From the NCBI GenBank assembly GCA_026026165.1, contig JAPEUD010000007.1, forward strand, positions 186,001-250,000: 64,000 bases of DNA. Reading direction: 5' to 3'. The notes beneath the pieces are model-generated. The model was not told the origin of the DNA, searched no databases, and worked only from the letters and a program-made list of their open reading frames with translations. Numbering within the stretch: position 1 is the stretch's first letter; each line of letters starts with the position of its first letter. The DNA comes from Sarea resinae. Its lineage: Eukaryota. Below are positions 12,745-24,319 of the stretch, piece after piece. A program made the translations under genes and the position numbers.

Positions 12745-14772
12745 ATGGACGGCAAGAAGAAGTGAATATTGCCCCCATACCAGGCCAAGTTATTGCTAAT
12801 TTTGCGAACAAGGCCACCACTTCAGACAAACGTATCCTTTATTTCGACGACCCGGGCATGCGAGCAAACACCGACTATCCCAACCAGTAAGCCTTCTCGC
12901 GCAATGCATTCGAAGAAATGGCCATTAATGTAATTCATAGCCTACAATGCTTCTCCCGCGCCATTCTTCTCTGATCCCATCGATACTCTTGACGCTCAAT
13001 ATTCAATGACGCCTGAAGATTACTTCTCATTCTTTCCTTCATCTGGCTGTCTCTGTACGCATCAGTGCGGCCCCAATGACATAAAATTTCCCGCCTTGGA
13101 TGGCTTTACGAGAGGATCGCAAGTCGAAGATTCTCATAGATTCTCTCTTTCGTCTCTAGATTATAGTAAGTTCTAGTCCAAGTATCTAACATGTAGCGTT
13201 AAGAGCCAGCTGACAGATATAAGGTTTGGGAGATCGACAGTCCTCCCACCTGAATGAGGGTCCATTCAGCCTTGATGCATATCAGTCGAATGACCGTCAT
13301 CCCACTTATGCATATAACATGCCTATGGCCGACTCTGATAGTCAAGCGGACTTGCTACCTCCAGAATTTGGCCTGTCTCGACGCCCGTCTGCATCATCTA
13401 TGTCGATATCAAGCACTGAGCCCGCCAACGTCCCGTCTTTTGAAGACCTAACATGTCTCTCGCAGATGTCTTATGAAGGATCTGACTACAATCCGGTCAT
13501 TCCTCAGGACCTCTTCTCCTCGACCTTATCATCTGTGCCTTCTCCGCAGCTGCCATGTCAAGGCCTTGCCCGTGCGCGCAGCCGCTCCAGAGTCTCGTCT
13601 TCACCACAGAGAAGAAAGCACGCTGCTTCTTACTGGAGAAGCGTAGCTCATAGAAAGAGCTGGTCCACCGGATCCTTTGCTTCTTCTGCTTCTAGGTGCA
13701 GCCCTCCAAATATATACACCAATGACACAGATCACCAACACCAGAGGAGCTTCTCCCTTTATTCTGGGTCGACAATTTCCAACGATCCCAATGCTGCTTT
13801 GCTGGAAGATCACGAGCCCATTGATAGTTCCTTGGATCAGTCTCAGAGCATGCCTTTCATTAGTGACAACAGTTACGATCCGGATAACATGCTAGGTCTA
13901 TACACAAGCCTAGACACCCCGTACCAATTAAGTATATCAGACCCCCCAATCGAGAACGATTCGACTACCTCACTCTACTGCTCCGACAACAGCGATCTTC
14001 AGACCCACCATCACCACTTTCGACCCCAGTCTCTCCCAACCTCTTCGGCCCCGGACCTCTTCGCCAGTCTCCAGTCTACTCCTTCAGAACCTCCTCTCAG
14101 GGATATGCGCCCCAACGACCCGTCGCTGACCCCTCGAGAGCAAGATCTCCGTTTTCCTGGTGACCTCTACACTCCCCGCTGGATCCGTGGTCATGGCAAC
14201 AAGCGCGAGGGCTGGTGCGGTCTATGCAAGCCCGACGGTCGCTGGCTTGTGCTCAAGAACTCTGCCTTCTGGTACGACAAGAGCTTCGCGCATGGCGTGA
14301 GCGCATCGACCGGGAAGCCGTTCGAAGCACCCAAGGAGGTCAGGAGAACGATGGAGGAGGGTGCCACGGAAGCTTGGGAAGGACTATGTGGGGGTTGTCA
14401 AGGGTGGATCGGGTTGGTGGGAGGTAGAAGGAGGGGCACGCCGTGGTTCAGACATGCTTATAAGGTCAGTTGCCTCGGGACCTTGATTGGGACCAGTGGG
14501 ATACTTGCAGGTCAGTGACGTTAAGACCATGGCTGATCCACGAGATCTAGTGTCACACCCATCTTAAGATCAAGGATAAGCCAAAGAGGCGGAGGGAGAG
14601 CAGTCGTGGTCGGACATCCTGCTCTACTACGAGTGCCACTATCGCTGCCGGTGGGATCAGAAAGGGGTCAGCCTCCTTTGTTGCCCCATCCATGTCGTCG
14701 ATGGCGGGCAAGTCTGGGCCCGGGCCTGAAAGTGGCTTTTCACCGCTGGAGTCTCTGGACGAGGTGAGTTGA
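12745..14772 (+). CDS. Transcription regulator with Rua1 C-terminal (DUF4451) Cys/His domain
   Basis: Exons 12745-12761, 12813-12886, 12941-13165, 13224-14464, 14551-14772 splice in frame. Motif DLYTPRWIRGHGNKREGWCGLC..WLVLKNSAFWYDKSFAHG..EGLCGGC..WFRHAYKCH. Probable 5'UTR intron at 12553-12682. The N-terminal exons are less certain. Confidence 0.8.
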
Positions 14773-15105
14773 TTGTGGGTCTTCCGGTCTACCCAGGCTT
14801 CTATGGTGCGAAGATAGAGATGGATGAAAATGCTTGGGGGCGGGGAGGTAATAATAAGCTTAGTCTCGGTTGAAGTAATCAGGTCCTGAATGGCGGAAGA
14901 TCTCCAGAGAGCCTTTTTCATAGTATTATCAGTCCTACACAGTACGTCTAGTGTTTACGAGTCCCCTTCATCATCGTCTCTCGAGAGGGTTGTCTTCGTC
15001 GTCTCATCGAGACTCGGACCGGTACCTGTGCATACCTCGCAGAGGAGCGTGGACGACAGCTGACATCAGGTACCTCATGCGTAGACCCGTCGTCGTTGGC
15101 GGCTG

Positions 15106-15118
15106 GAAGGTTCGAGAA
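15106..15118. promoter_or_regulatory. Perfect three-unit heat-shock element (GAAnnTTCnnGAA)
   Basis: GAAGGTTCGAGAA, about 735 bp upstream of the TPR-J co-chaperone ATG. Confidence 0.4.
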
Positions 15119-15852
15119 TCACACCGGCCCAGTGACTACGGCGAGTACCTCGAGTGCGACCACCAACGGGGACACAAGCAACGAGCGAATGAATGAGCAC
15201 AGCCCGGAGAGGGCAGTCGGATGAACGAATGGAGACAATCAATGGCGGCCAGGGATTCTGATTGTGATCCGGATCATTCTGAGGATTCCTCTACTCCGTA
15301 TGCTCATCACCCTTCTCTTCTTCCTTCTGCCTTCTGCCTTCCTGCCTCCGTCCTTGGTGCTCTGATATCAATCTCCCTTCCCGCGTGGGTTGATGCTGCA
15401 CTGTCCCTTCCATACATCAATCGGTACTTCGTACATCGATACATCCATTACATCAATTCATCGCAAGACCAGCCAGCAACGCCGAAGGGGAAGAGGCATT
15501 GATTTCCTACCCGGATCAGGAAGGCTGTGAGGCTCCGAGGGCGAGAGGGTGCCAGTGCGTGAAGGTTGGTGGTCGTGAGTCGTGAGTCGTGAGTCGTGTG
15601 TCGTGTGTCGTGCGACCGTGTTCACTGCCCAGTGCCCAGTGCCCACTGTCCAACGTCCAGCGTCCACGGACAGTAGAGTACTACCTTTCGGTCCAGATTA
15701 GATTGAAAGCTTCTCTGCCAGTCTCTGGGAGTCTTTTCCTACCACCCTCCCACACTACCTCATACGAAAGGTCTCGCTTTCGCTTTCGCTCTCGCTCTCG
15801 CTCTCGCTTTCGACCATCCCGCTTCTTGGGGTACCGCCGCTCGTCGTCCTTG

Positions 15853-18177
15853 ATGTTCCCAAACTTTTTTAGCAAGGCCTCCACCGCACCTAAAAAGAAG
15901 AAACCGAACGAAGACGACGGCTATCAGAGCCCGCCACCACCGCCACCTCCACCATCACATTCGAGATCCTCATCGAAATCTCCCACCAAGACTGCTGCCT
16001 CGAAGACCTCGCCCTCTAAATCCCCCACCAAATCCGCCCAGGAAAAGTCGTCCCGGCGAGGCTCGGCGCAATCGACTCGAAGCTATTCGGCCAAGACTTC
16101 CAATTCACCCCGCCCTACGTGGGACCGCAACACCCATCCACTGAATCTCCCCCCCGACGAGTTGAGGAGACTATCGGCCATGTCGGCCATGAGTGACCCG
16201 CCCACGCCGATGGACATCGACCAGGACGGCTCCGCATCGACGATCCCGTCTAGCCCTCCCTCGACCACTTCGGCTGCCAATACCTCGACTAATGGAGTGA
16301 ATGGTGCAAATGGCGTGAACGGTGATGGAAGCCCAATACCCCCTCCGCATAAAGTTCCTACCAGTCCGCCGCCACAGCCTCAGCCGCCCGCCGTGGACGC
16401 TGAAGCCTGCAAGGCGGCTGGAAACAAGTTCTTCAAAGCAAAGGACTACGATAAAGCCATCCGAGAGTACACCAAGGGTGAGTGGCATTTCTCGAGGGGG
16501 TGGTTCGCAGACCATTGCGCCCTCGACTCTTCGCGGTCTGACCAGCTAACAATTCGACAGCGATCGAGGCCGATCCTCAATCGTCCACGTACCTGAACAA
16601 TCGAGCTGCCGCCTACATCTCGGCGAACCGGTTCCAGGAAGCACTGGAAGATGCGAAAGCAGCGGATGAACTTGACCCCGGCAATGCTAAGGTTCTTCAT
16701 CGATTAGCACGGATCTACACGAACCTTGGACGTCCGTCAGATGCCTTGGATGCATACTCTCGGATACAACCCCCAGCAAGCGCAAAAGACAAGGCCCCGG
16801 CTTTGGCAATGCAACAGCACATCAAACAAGCCGAGGATTCACTACGAAATGGCACGTCGGGGTCCATGGCCCTTCACGCCCTAGATCAGGCGGAGAGGGG
16901 ATTAGGAGTAGGCGTGAGTAAGCCACGAAAGTGGATGCTGATGCGAGGTGAAGCGTACTTGAAGATGGGTAACGTCAATGCGCTGGGAGATGCACAAAAT
17001 GTGGCCATGTCGCTACTCCGGACAAACAACCAAGACCCGGAAGCGTTGGTCCTTCGAGGACGGGCATTATATGCCCAAGGAGATAACGAAAAGGCCATTC
17101 AGCATTTCAGACAGGCCTTGAGCTGCGATCCGGATTACAAAGATGCGGTCCGATATTTGAGAATGGTACAAAAGTTAGAACGGATGAAGGAGGAGGGGAA
17201 TGCGTTATTTAAAGCGGGAAAGCATCAGCAAGCGGTCGAAATTTATACGCAGGCGTTGGATGTCGACCCGACGAACAAAGGCACGAATTCGAAGATTTTG
17301 CAAAATAGAGCGCTCTCATATACTAAGGTTGGTTGCTGGCTAATCGAAGTGTGATGGAAGATCTGCTAATATCAATCTAGCTGAAAAAATTCAACGAAGC
17401 CATCTCCGACTGCACGCGGGCCCTCGAACTCGACCCCACCTATCTCAAAGCGCGCAAAACCAAAGCCAAAGCTCTGGGTGAATCTGGAGACTGGGAAGAA
17501 GCCGTGCGCGAACTCAAGAACATTGCGGAGAACAACCCATCGGAGCCCGGGATCGCGAAGGAAGTGCGCAACGCAGAGCTGGAGCTCAAGAAGAGCAAGC
17601 GGAAGGACTATTACAAGATCCTAGGCGTGAGCAAGGACGCAGGCGACACGGAGATCAAGAAAGCCTATCGCAAACTCGCCATCGTGCATCATCCGGACAA
17701 GAACCCCGACAACGAGGATGCGGCCGAGCAGTTCAAGGAGATTGGAGAGGCCTACGAGACCCTGAGTGATCCTGCGTATGTTTTTGCCCCCTCCTTCCTT
17801 CCTTTACTACCGCTACTTCTTTTCTCTCCTCCCTTTCCGGACATAACATAATTTCGAACTAACGCGAAACGTACAGCAAACGCGCACGCTACGACAGTGG
17901 CGAAGACCTCATGGACCCGGCCGACATGTTCGGCGGCGGGGGCGGCATGGGCGGTGGCATGGGCGGTTTCGGCGGCGGCGGCGGCGGCGTCCAGATCGAT
18001 CCGGAGATGCTCTACAACATGATGAACGGCGGGGGCGGGGGCGGCGGGTTCTCCTTTGCGTCCGGTGGCGGGGGCGCGGGAGGCAGTCCGTTTGGTGGCG
18101 GTATGGGCGGCGGCAGCAGTCGAAGGACAAGAGGGGCTGGAGCCGGTGGGTTCGGTGCCGGCGGCTTTCCGTTCTAG
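15853..18177 (+). CDS. DnaJ + TPR co-chaperone (DNAJC7/Tpr2 family)
   Basis: Exons 15853-16477, 16561-17327, 17381-17775, 17877-18177. TPR motifs ([41 protein letters not shown]), J-domain [17 protein letters not shown]-rich tail. Confidence 0.95.
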
Positions 18178-18304
18178 ATGAGGCGTTTTTCAACTTTGAA
18201 CTTTGATCTTCTGGGAGACGGGAGGAGGGGGAGACGAGAGAGAAGGGTTTGTGGGGAGAGGGGAAGCCGAGGTGGGATGGACTGGATAGGACAGAAGAGG
18301 GTAC

Positions 18305-18915
18305 GATAGGATAGGATAGGATAGGATAGATCGGGTGCACAGGACGGACTTTTGTCTGTGCTTGTCTATAGACTAACCTAGACGTTCTTGTCCTTCTATC
18401 TACCTGTCTATCCATCTGTCCCTCTCTCTCCTCGCTCGGCTTTCTCTCCCCTACCTACCTGGTTCTTTCTGTCTTCTATGGGTTCACCTGACACTACTTT
18501 ACATTACAATACATCAGACCAAGGCATATCACCACCTTATATTATATGACATCAGACCAAATCAAATCATATTATATCATGATCATGATCATATTAGGCT
18601 CTTGTTCTTGTTCTTGTTCTTGTTCTTGTTCTTGTTCTTATCATTGTCCCTGTTCTCATTCAACGGTAGACAATACCGATGACATGTTACACATTACATA
18701 TTACACGGAGAATTTACTTGCTTGCTTGCTGTTCTTGCTACCATGAACGAATTGGATGAGTAGCTGGACTGGATGGATTGGACGGATAAATGGACGGATC
18801 GAGAGATGGACAGATGGACAGATGGACAGATGGATAGATGGATAGATGGGTCATCGACATCTACATACGGACCAAAGAACCAACGCCTCAGCAATCTGAC
18901 CCCAGCCCTATCTGT

Positions 18916-18974
<59 letters not shown>
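18305..18974. repeat. Microsatellite-dense spacer between convergent genes
   Basis: (GATAG)5 at 18305-18329, (CTTGTT)6 at 18601-18636, degenerate GATG/GACA tetramers ~18765-18850, (CT)28 at 18919-18974. Confidence 0.95.
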
Positions 18975-18978
<4 letters not shown>

Positions 18979-19036
18979 TTCCAGAGCCCCAACTATCAAA
19001 CCGATTGCCAACCCCAACCATCACTACTAATGGACT

Positions 19037-19688
19037 TTAAATGCCCTTCTCCCCATCATCTCCATCCGGGCCCTTACTCCTACTCCGATCCGGCACCGGC
19101 AGACTCAGCCCAACCGACCGCCTAACATCCTCGAGCGCATCGCCGCCGCCCTCCAGCCTGCCCATCCGCGCCACCAGCGCCGTGTTCTCGCGCTGCAGGT
19201 CGCGGAGGCGATTCTCGAGGACGTCGCGCTCGTCGCGCAGGGTATCGGCGCGCCGGCGCTCGGCCTTGATCTGCGTCTTGGAGTCGGCCAGGGCGTGGGC
19301 TAGCTGGGTGGATTTGTCGCGGGCGAGCAGCTTGGCGCGGCGCGCGTCGATCTTGGATTGTACGCTCGTCATCTTGGCCGAGAGCTTGCTGAGGGTGCTT
19401 TCTTGCTTGCTGACCGATTTCTGGTGCGTGTGCGTGAGCTTCTGGAGCTTTTTGGCGGCCTTTTTGGCGTCCGCTGAGAGTTCCTTGGGGGGTTCTTTTT
19501 CGGTTTCTTGTTCTTGGGCTTGAGCTTGGGTGGGGGACTCGGCTTGTTGTTGCTGTTGTGGGTTCGGTAGAGATCGAGTGGATGACGATACTACTGCGGA
19601 CGGGGACGATGGTGCTGTTTTCTCGATCGTGGGTGACGGCGTTGGCGAGGGCGCCGTGATGGTGGAGTCTTGCTGCTGCTGCTGCTGC

Positions 19689-19722
<34 letters not shown>

Positions 19723-21685
19723 GAGGTGGGGAGTCAGAGGATGTGTTCTGGGAGGATTCGGCCGAGAGAGAAGCCTCGAGCTCGTGGTATCGACGCTGAG
19801 AGTCGTCCAGTTCCTTTTCGAGGTGGAGTTTCCGTGACATGAGTTTCGCCAGTTCTTTGAGGTGGTTCGTCAGAGTGGAGTCATTCGGGAAGTCCGGGTC
19901 TTGGAAGTGAGATTTCGACAGTGCCAAGGACGACGTCGTCGAGTGGCGATCGGAACCCTCGGAGGCGTCGACGAAGTGGTCTTCGGCGCTCGCGAAGCTG
20001 TTGGCGTCATCATCATCATCATCGACAGACGGAGAGGTGGCTGAGCTGACAGCAGAGGACGAGCGGACGAGGTTTTTGCTTGTTGCGGGAGAGAAATCTT
20101 GGGATTCAGGGACTGTGGATGATGATTCGGGCGTTCCATTAGAGAATTGCGGAAGGTAGTTCGCTACCGCTGGAGCATAGTTTGAGATTCCTGCACTGAC
20201 GACGCCAGCGACTGTCGACAGTAGGCCTCCCTCTTCTTCTCGTTCTTCTGCGAAGAATGGTTCGGCCTCTCTTGCTGGGAGAGACTGAGAAAGCGGGTCG
20301 GGGTCTTCGGATCCGTTTATGCCGGCTAGACGGCCATCTGTTTCGTATGCTTCTAGGCCCCTGGTGCTCTCCTTCGCTCCAGCTGAGGCATCTTCCTCGG
20401 CGTCCGAGGGTGTCTTCAGCTTAATGGCCCAGTCTAGAAACTTCCCAGCATCGGCCACAATTGCTGACGGTGTACCTCGCTCCACAATCCATCGTGGTAC
20501 ACTGCCACCAGGGTCACTCCTAGTGATCATGATCCATTCCACGGGATTCATCTCTTCCGATTCAGTAGATTCTTGTGGTAGGTTGGCGCCTTCGGTGCTT
20601 GCGCCTCTTGAGTGCGAGCCCAAAAACGAAACTGTAGCTCCTTGTTTCCTCGATGTTGTCGCCTCGTCATCTGTGGAAGTCTTGACGTCTTCTTCGGATT
20701 TGTCATTATCCACTTCATGTGGAAATGTCTGAGACCTCTTTGCATGGCGGAGAACCGCCTCCTGTCCAAGAGAAGAACTCGAGCGGGTATGTCCCTTTTT
20801 TGGCTGGATTTCATTGGAATGCGAAGAGCGAGGGATCTCGCGAATGAATTCGACAGATTCATAATGGCCTCTTATGTACCCATCCCGCGGCGGGCACTCT
20901 GCATGGGTGCAGGGCTTCGAGATGATCATATAGTGCCTTGGAATCGATTTTGACTCCTTCTCCTCAGAAGATGCTTGCGTTGACTTTCCATCACCATGAT
21001 TGTCTGAGAGAGCCGAAGATGATGTCATGAGCATCGTTATAAAGTCTCGCGGTGCAGTTGGACCAGGAAACTGTGCAGAGAGCTGATATACTGCGGAAAC
21101 ACATGTTAACATCCTAACCATAAGATAGAAACTGAAAAGTCAAGTTTTACCTTCTAACTTGCCTACACCATCAATATCATGCATCTCCACTCGCCTCTCC
21201 CCACCAATTCCCCTAATGTTCCCCTCACCCGGTCCACCTTGTTTCTTCAAGCTTTCCGGGAATTCCATTTCCATGGCCGTCTTCCACTTGCTGAAAGGCA
21301 GTCCCTCATGCACACTCCTCCTCGCAAACCAAGCTCCATTGCCGTCTTTTGCGCCCATTTTGAAGACCGCCATGCCAAGCGGGTTCTCCTTTGAGGAGAG
21401 CTTGACCGGCTTTCCCCATTCTTTTTGCAGTGCTGCATACGATGGCTCTGGAGGCAGACGAGCTGCAGACGGGCAGATCTCGGAGGCCCGCGAGGCAGTT
21501 GAGCTAGTCGTTCGAGAGCGGGCGCGAGTGGTGGTGTGTTCGTCGGGAGGCGGTAACGGGACCGATTCCACGAGTAGCTGACCTCGTACAAAGGCATCCT
21601 GCATGTAAGCTTCAAGGTGCTCAAGATCAACCGAGGCGAACTCGACCGGTCCAAGAGTCTTGAGCGCTGAGTGCAATTCTGCCAT
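19037..21685 (-). CDS. DUF3074 (START/SRPBCC-like) domain protein with C-terminal polyQ and coiled coil
   Basis: Exons 21685-21151 and 21090-19037. Motifs WFARRSVHEG, YQLSAQFPGPTAPRDF, RGHYESVEFIREIP, PVEWIMITRSDPGGSVPRW. Q18 tract at 19670-19723. Confidence 0.9.
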
Positions 21686-23275
21686 GGCGTCACAACTCTG
21701 TTAGAGAAAAGCCTTGTTTGGCAAGTACAAAGGCTGGAATGGTGGTATTTTCGGGTCAGTTCGGATGTGCAATTGCCAGTGATGTATTCGTATTTGCAAC
21801 TATGGTGGGGTGTGATGCTCTGTCGTGCTATTTGAGAGCCTTGAAGGTTGAGGGTTTGTCGCACTGAATGGCGAGGGTGGGAGATATCGGCCGTCAAAGG
21901 TCAGAACATCAGCACATCATGACAGTCGTAATGAATTCGTGAAGAGTAAAGAGGTGCAGGTAATCAAGTATTCAAGAATTGAGTGAGTGGTATAATTGTG
22001 TTGGTGAGAGAGTCTTGTGTGTGGTGTGTATGTGAATGCGTGAATGCGAGAATGCGACAGGGCTCCTCCTCGGTCAATTGAAGGGTCGGTCAACCAAGAA
22101 GTCAGGCAAGCGAGGACAGGAATGACGTCGCATTTGGTCCTACGATACGATCGATTGTGAAAGTTGATGAGGCGAGCACGGACGGCATAGATTGGATAGT
22201 CTGGTGAGAGTAGAAATGTATGGAAATATCCACGGATGGAAATGGATACTTCCGCGGATAGGCAGACGTCCGATTCCCGACTCCGAACGAGCCGTGCAAT
22301 CATGGATGCTGCTAGAGTGCTACTATCACAACAACGACGATGACCAAATTCCAGAGGCTCTTCAGCACAATTGTGAATCATTTTTTTCTCATTTTTATTT
22401 AATTTATAAACAAGACAATGAAGCCCTGCTTCGTTGCCGCATCCTTTTCTCTCCATGCAATGGAAAGCACCCGGAACCTGTCCGAATGGTAGGAGATGAC
22501 CCTATGGACTATGCACGGTTTGCAGGAGGCGCAAAGAAGCAGTCAGAGAAAAGGCGGAACAGCAGGAGACACAGTCTCCCGGCTTCGACCACGACTGGCA
22601 TGAATCTCAGCAGGTCCATCCCACCCTCGGCTGCTCCTCTCCTCGTCCCGCGCACCGCAATATAGAAAACATTATGCCAACATGCCAGATGTGGATATGT
22701 TGCTGTCGTCGTTCCCGCAGATATCCCAGCTGATAATCTATACCAGAACGGGTGAACATAACAATTGGACACTGGAGGGCCTAGCCAACTCGCAGTGAAC
22801 AGATCGTAAACGACATTATAATAAGAAAAACATCGAACACACTCCAAGCCGTGGGGCTATAACCATCTTTGAGAATGCCAAATATGCAAACCACCCAGTG
22901 ATTGAGAACAAGGAAAGACCGACCGGCCGGTGAGATGATGCAAATAGAAAAGAAAACAGCAACGCTCGCTAAAATGACGCAGCACAATTCAAAGTACGGA
23001 GAAGACTCTGAGACGAGAGGTGATAGGAAAAGATATCGGCCTGCAAGATCGTGAAACACAAAACACTCGCTAAATCGATCAAGGTCAAACGCCACCCATA
23101 TGACTGCTCTTAATATAGAAGTCCGCCTTCGGTTCGCTCTTTGATGTCGTATCTTCATGGCAGCGTCGCACATGCCTAGACTGAAACATTCTGCCCCGCA
23201 TTGCGCAAGGCTCGAACGCCATAAGCCACATCACCAATCGATCGAGCTGTCAGTGTCAGTGTCACCCTGTGGTTG

Positions 23276-24319
23276 CTATATCGTGCTTGCGTAGGGAAGC
23301 GTGTACTCCTGGTACCGGTCCCATGCGAAGCCGCCATAGCCAACACTGGTGCTACACTGTTGCTGCGCAAGCACGCTCGGAAGAGGTAGTTGTGGTATAG
23401 GCGCTGAGACTTGTGGTGCGCTGTAATATTGGCCGGATGAGCTGTATGGCTGGGAGTAAGATGGTGTTGGCGATGGAAGTTGTGCTTCGCTCATGCCCAT
23501 ATTAGCCCACATGGACGGCTGCGAGTCTGCAGATGATGTCGTATCCGGGCTGGATGGGACCACCTTCCATGATTCGACCGGTACCGGGTGCGGCGATGCC
23601 AGCGAAAACTGCTGCTGCTGCCACCAGTTACTCGATCCTGGAGAGCTTGGAAGAATTGGAGTTGGCCGCACAACATCAACGATTCTCGGTGGCGGAGGAA
23701 GTAGTGGGACGAAGAGGCCCATGATTGCGTTCTTAGCCTCTTCACTCCTTCCACTCAAGAGCTCGCCGGCCCCATCCTCCTCCAGTCCCTCCAGTGCAAT
23801 CGCATTCGCCCGATACACGAACTTGTTGGCAGCCTGCACGAATTCTTCCTGGAGCTTCTTGACTTGAACATCTTTCTCAGACCACTCCCAGGTGTTTGCG
23901 GCGACATCGACAGAGTAAATGGTCTTGTGGTATTCGACAAGGGATTCGATTGACTCTGGCGTGAGCTTGAAGGCTACCTCGTTCTGTGACACCATATCCA
24001 CATGGACGACGTAAGCCTCGATGTGGATAAGTTGATAGTTGAACAGGGCTTCGATCAATGGATTTGAATCTTTGCGCAACTCCGACTCGGGAGCTTTGGG
24101 TAGCATTATGGAGCAGAGGGTCCAGATTGCGGCAGGTCCGGAGAGGGTCTCGGTCAGACACCGCTGATGTTGAGGCACGCTGTTCAATGGTCTTTTGACG
24201 CGATTTATGCGCTTCAGTGTTGCCGTCAGCCATGGATCCACCCTGGAGTTCAGGACGACATTTGGTGATGATCGAGGAGCGAAGGCTGCCGCCGAAGCAG
24301 GCAGCAGTATCGTGGGCAT
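23276..24319 (-). CDS. Conserved Pezizomycotina protein of unknown function (MPTILLP..APRSSPNVVL N-terminus)
   Basis: Intronless 347-aa ATG ORF. About 205-aa globular N-terminal part that I recognise from other filamentous fungi, followed by a P/S/Q/Y-rich low-complexity tail. Confidence 0.85.
   Translation of the reverse strand: MPTILLPASAAAFAPRSSPNVVLNSRVDPWLTATLKRINRVKRPLNSVPQHQRCLTETLSGPAAIWTLCSIMLPKAPESELRKDSNPLIEALFNYQLIHIEAYVVHVDMVSQNEVAFKLTPESIESLVEYHKTIYSVDVAANTWEWSEKDVQVKKLQEEFVQAANKFVYRANAIALEGLEEDGAGELLSGRSEEAKNAIMGLFVPLLPPPPRIVDVVRPTPILPSSPGSSNWWQQQQFSLASPHPVPVESWKVVPSSPDTTSSADSQPSMWANMGMSEAQLPSPTPSYSQPYSSSGQYYSAPQVSAPIPQLPLPSVLAQQQCSTSVGYGGFAWDRYQEYTLPYASTI

Noticed and set aside
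15589..15852. Open frame upstream of the TPR-J ATG with RS-like repeats
   Set aside because: It derives from (CTCGCT)n and other microsatellites in the leader, with no ATG and no support for a non-AUG extension.
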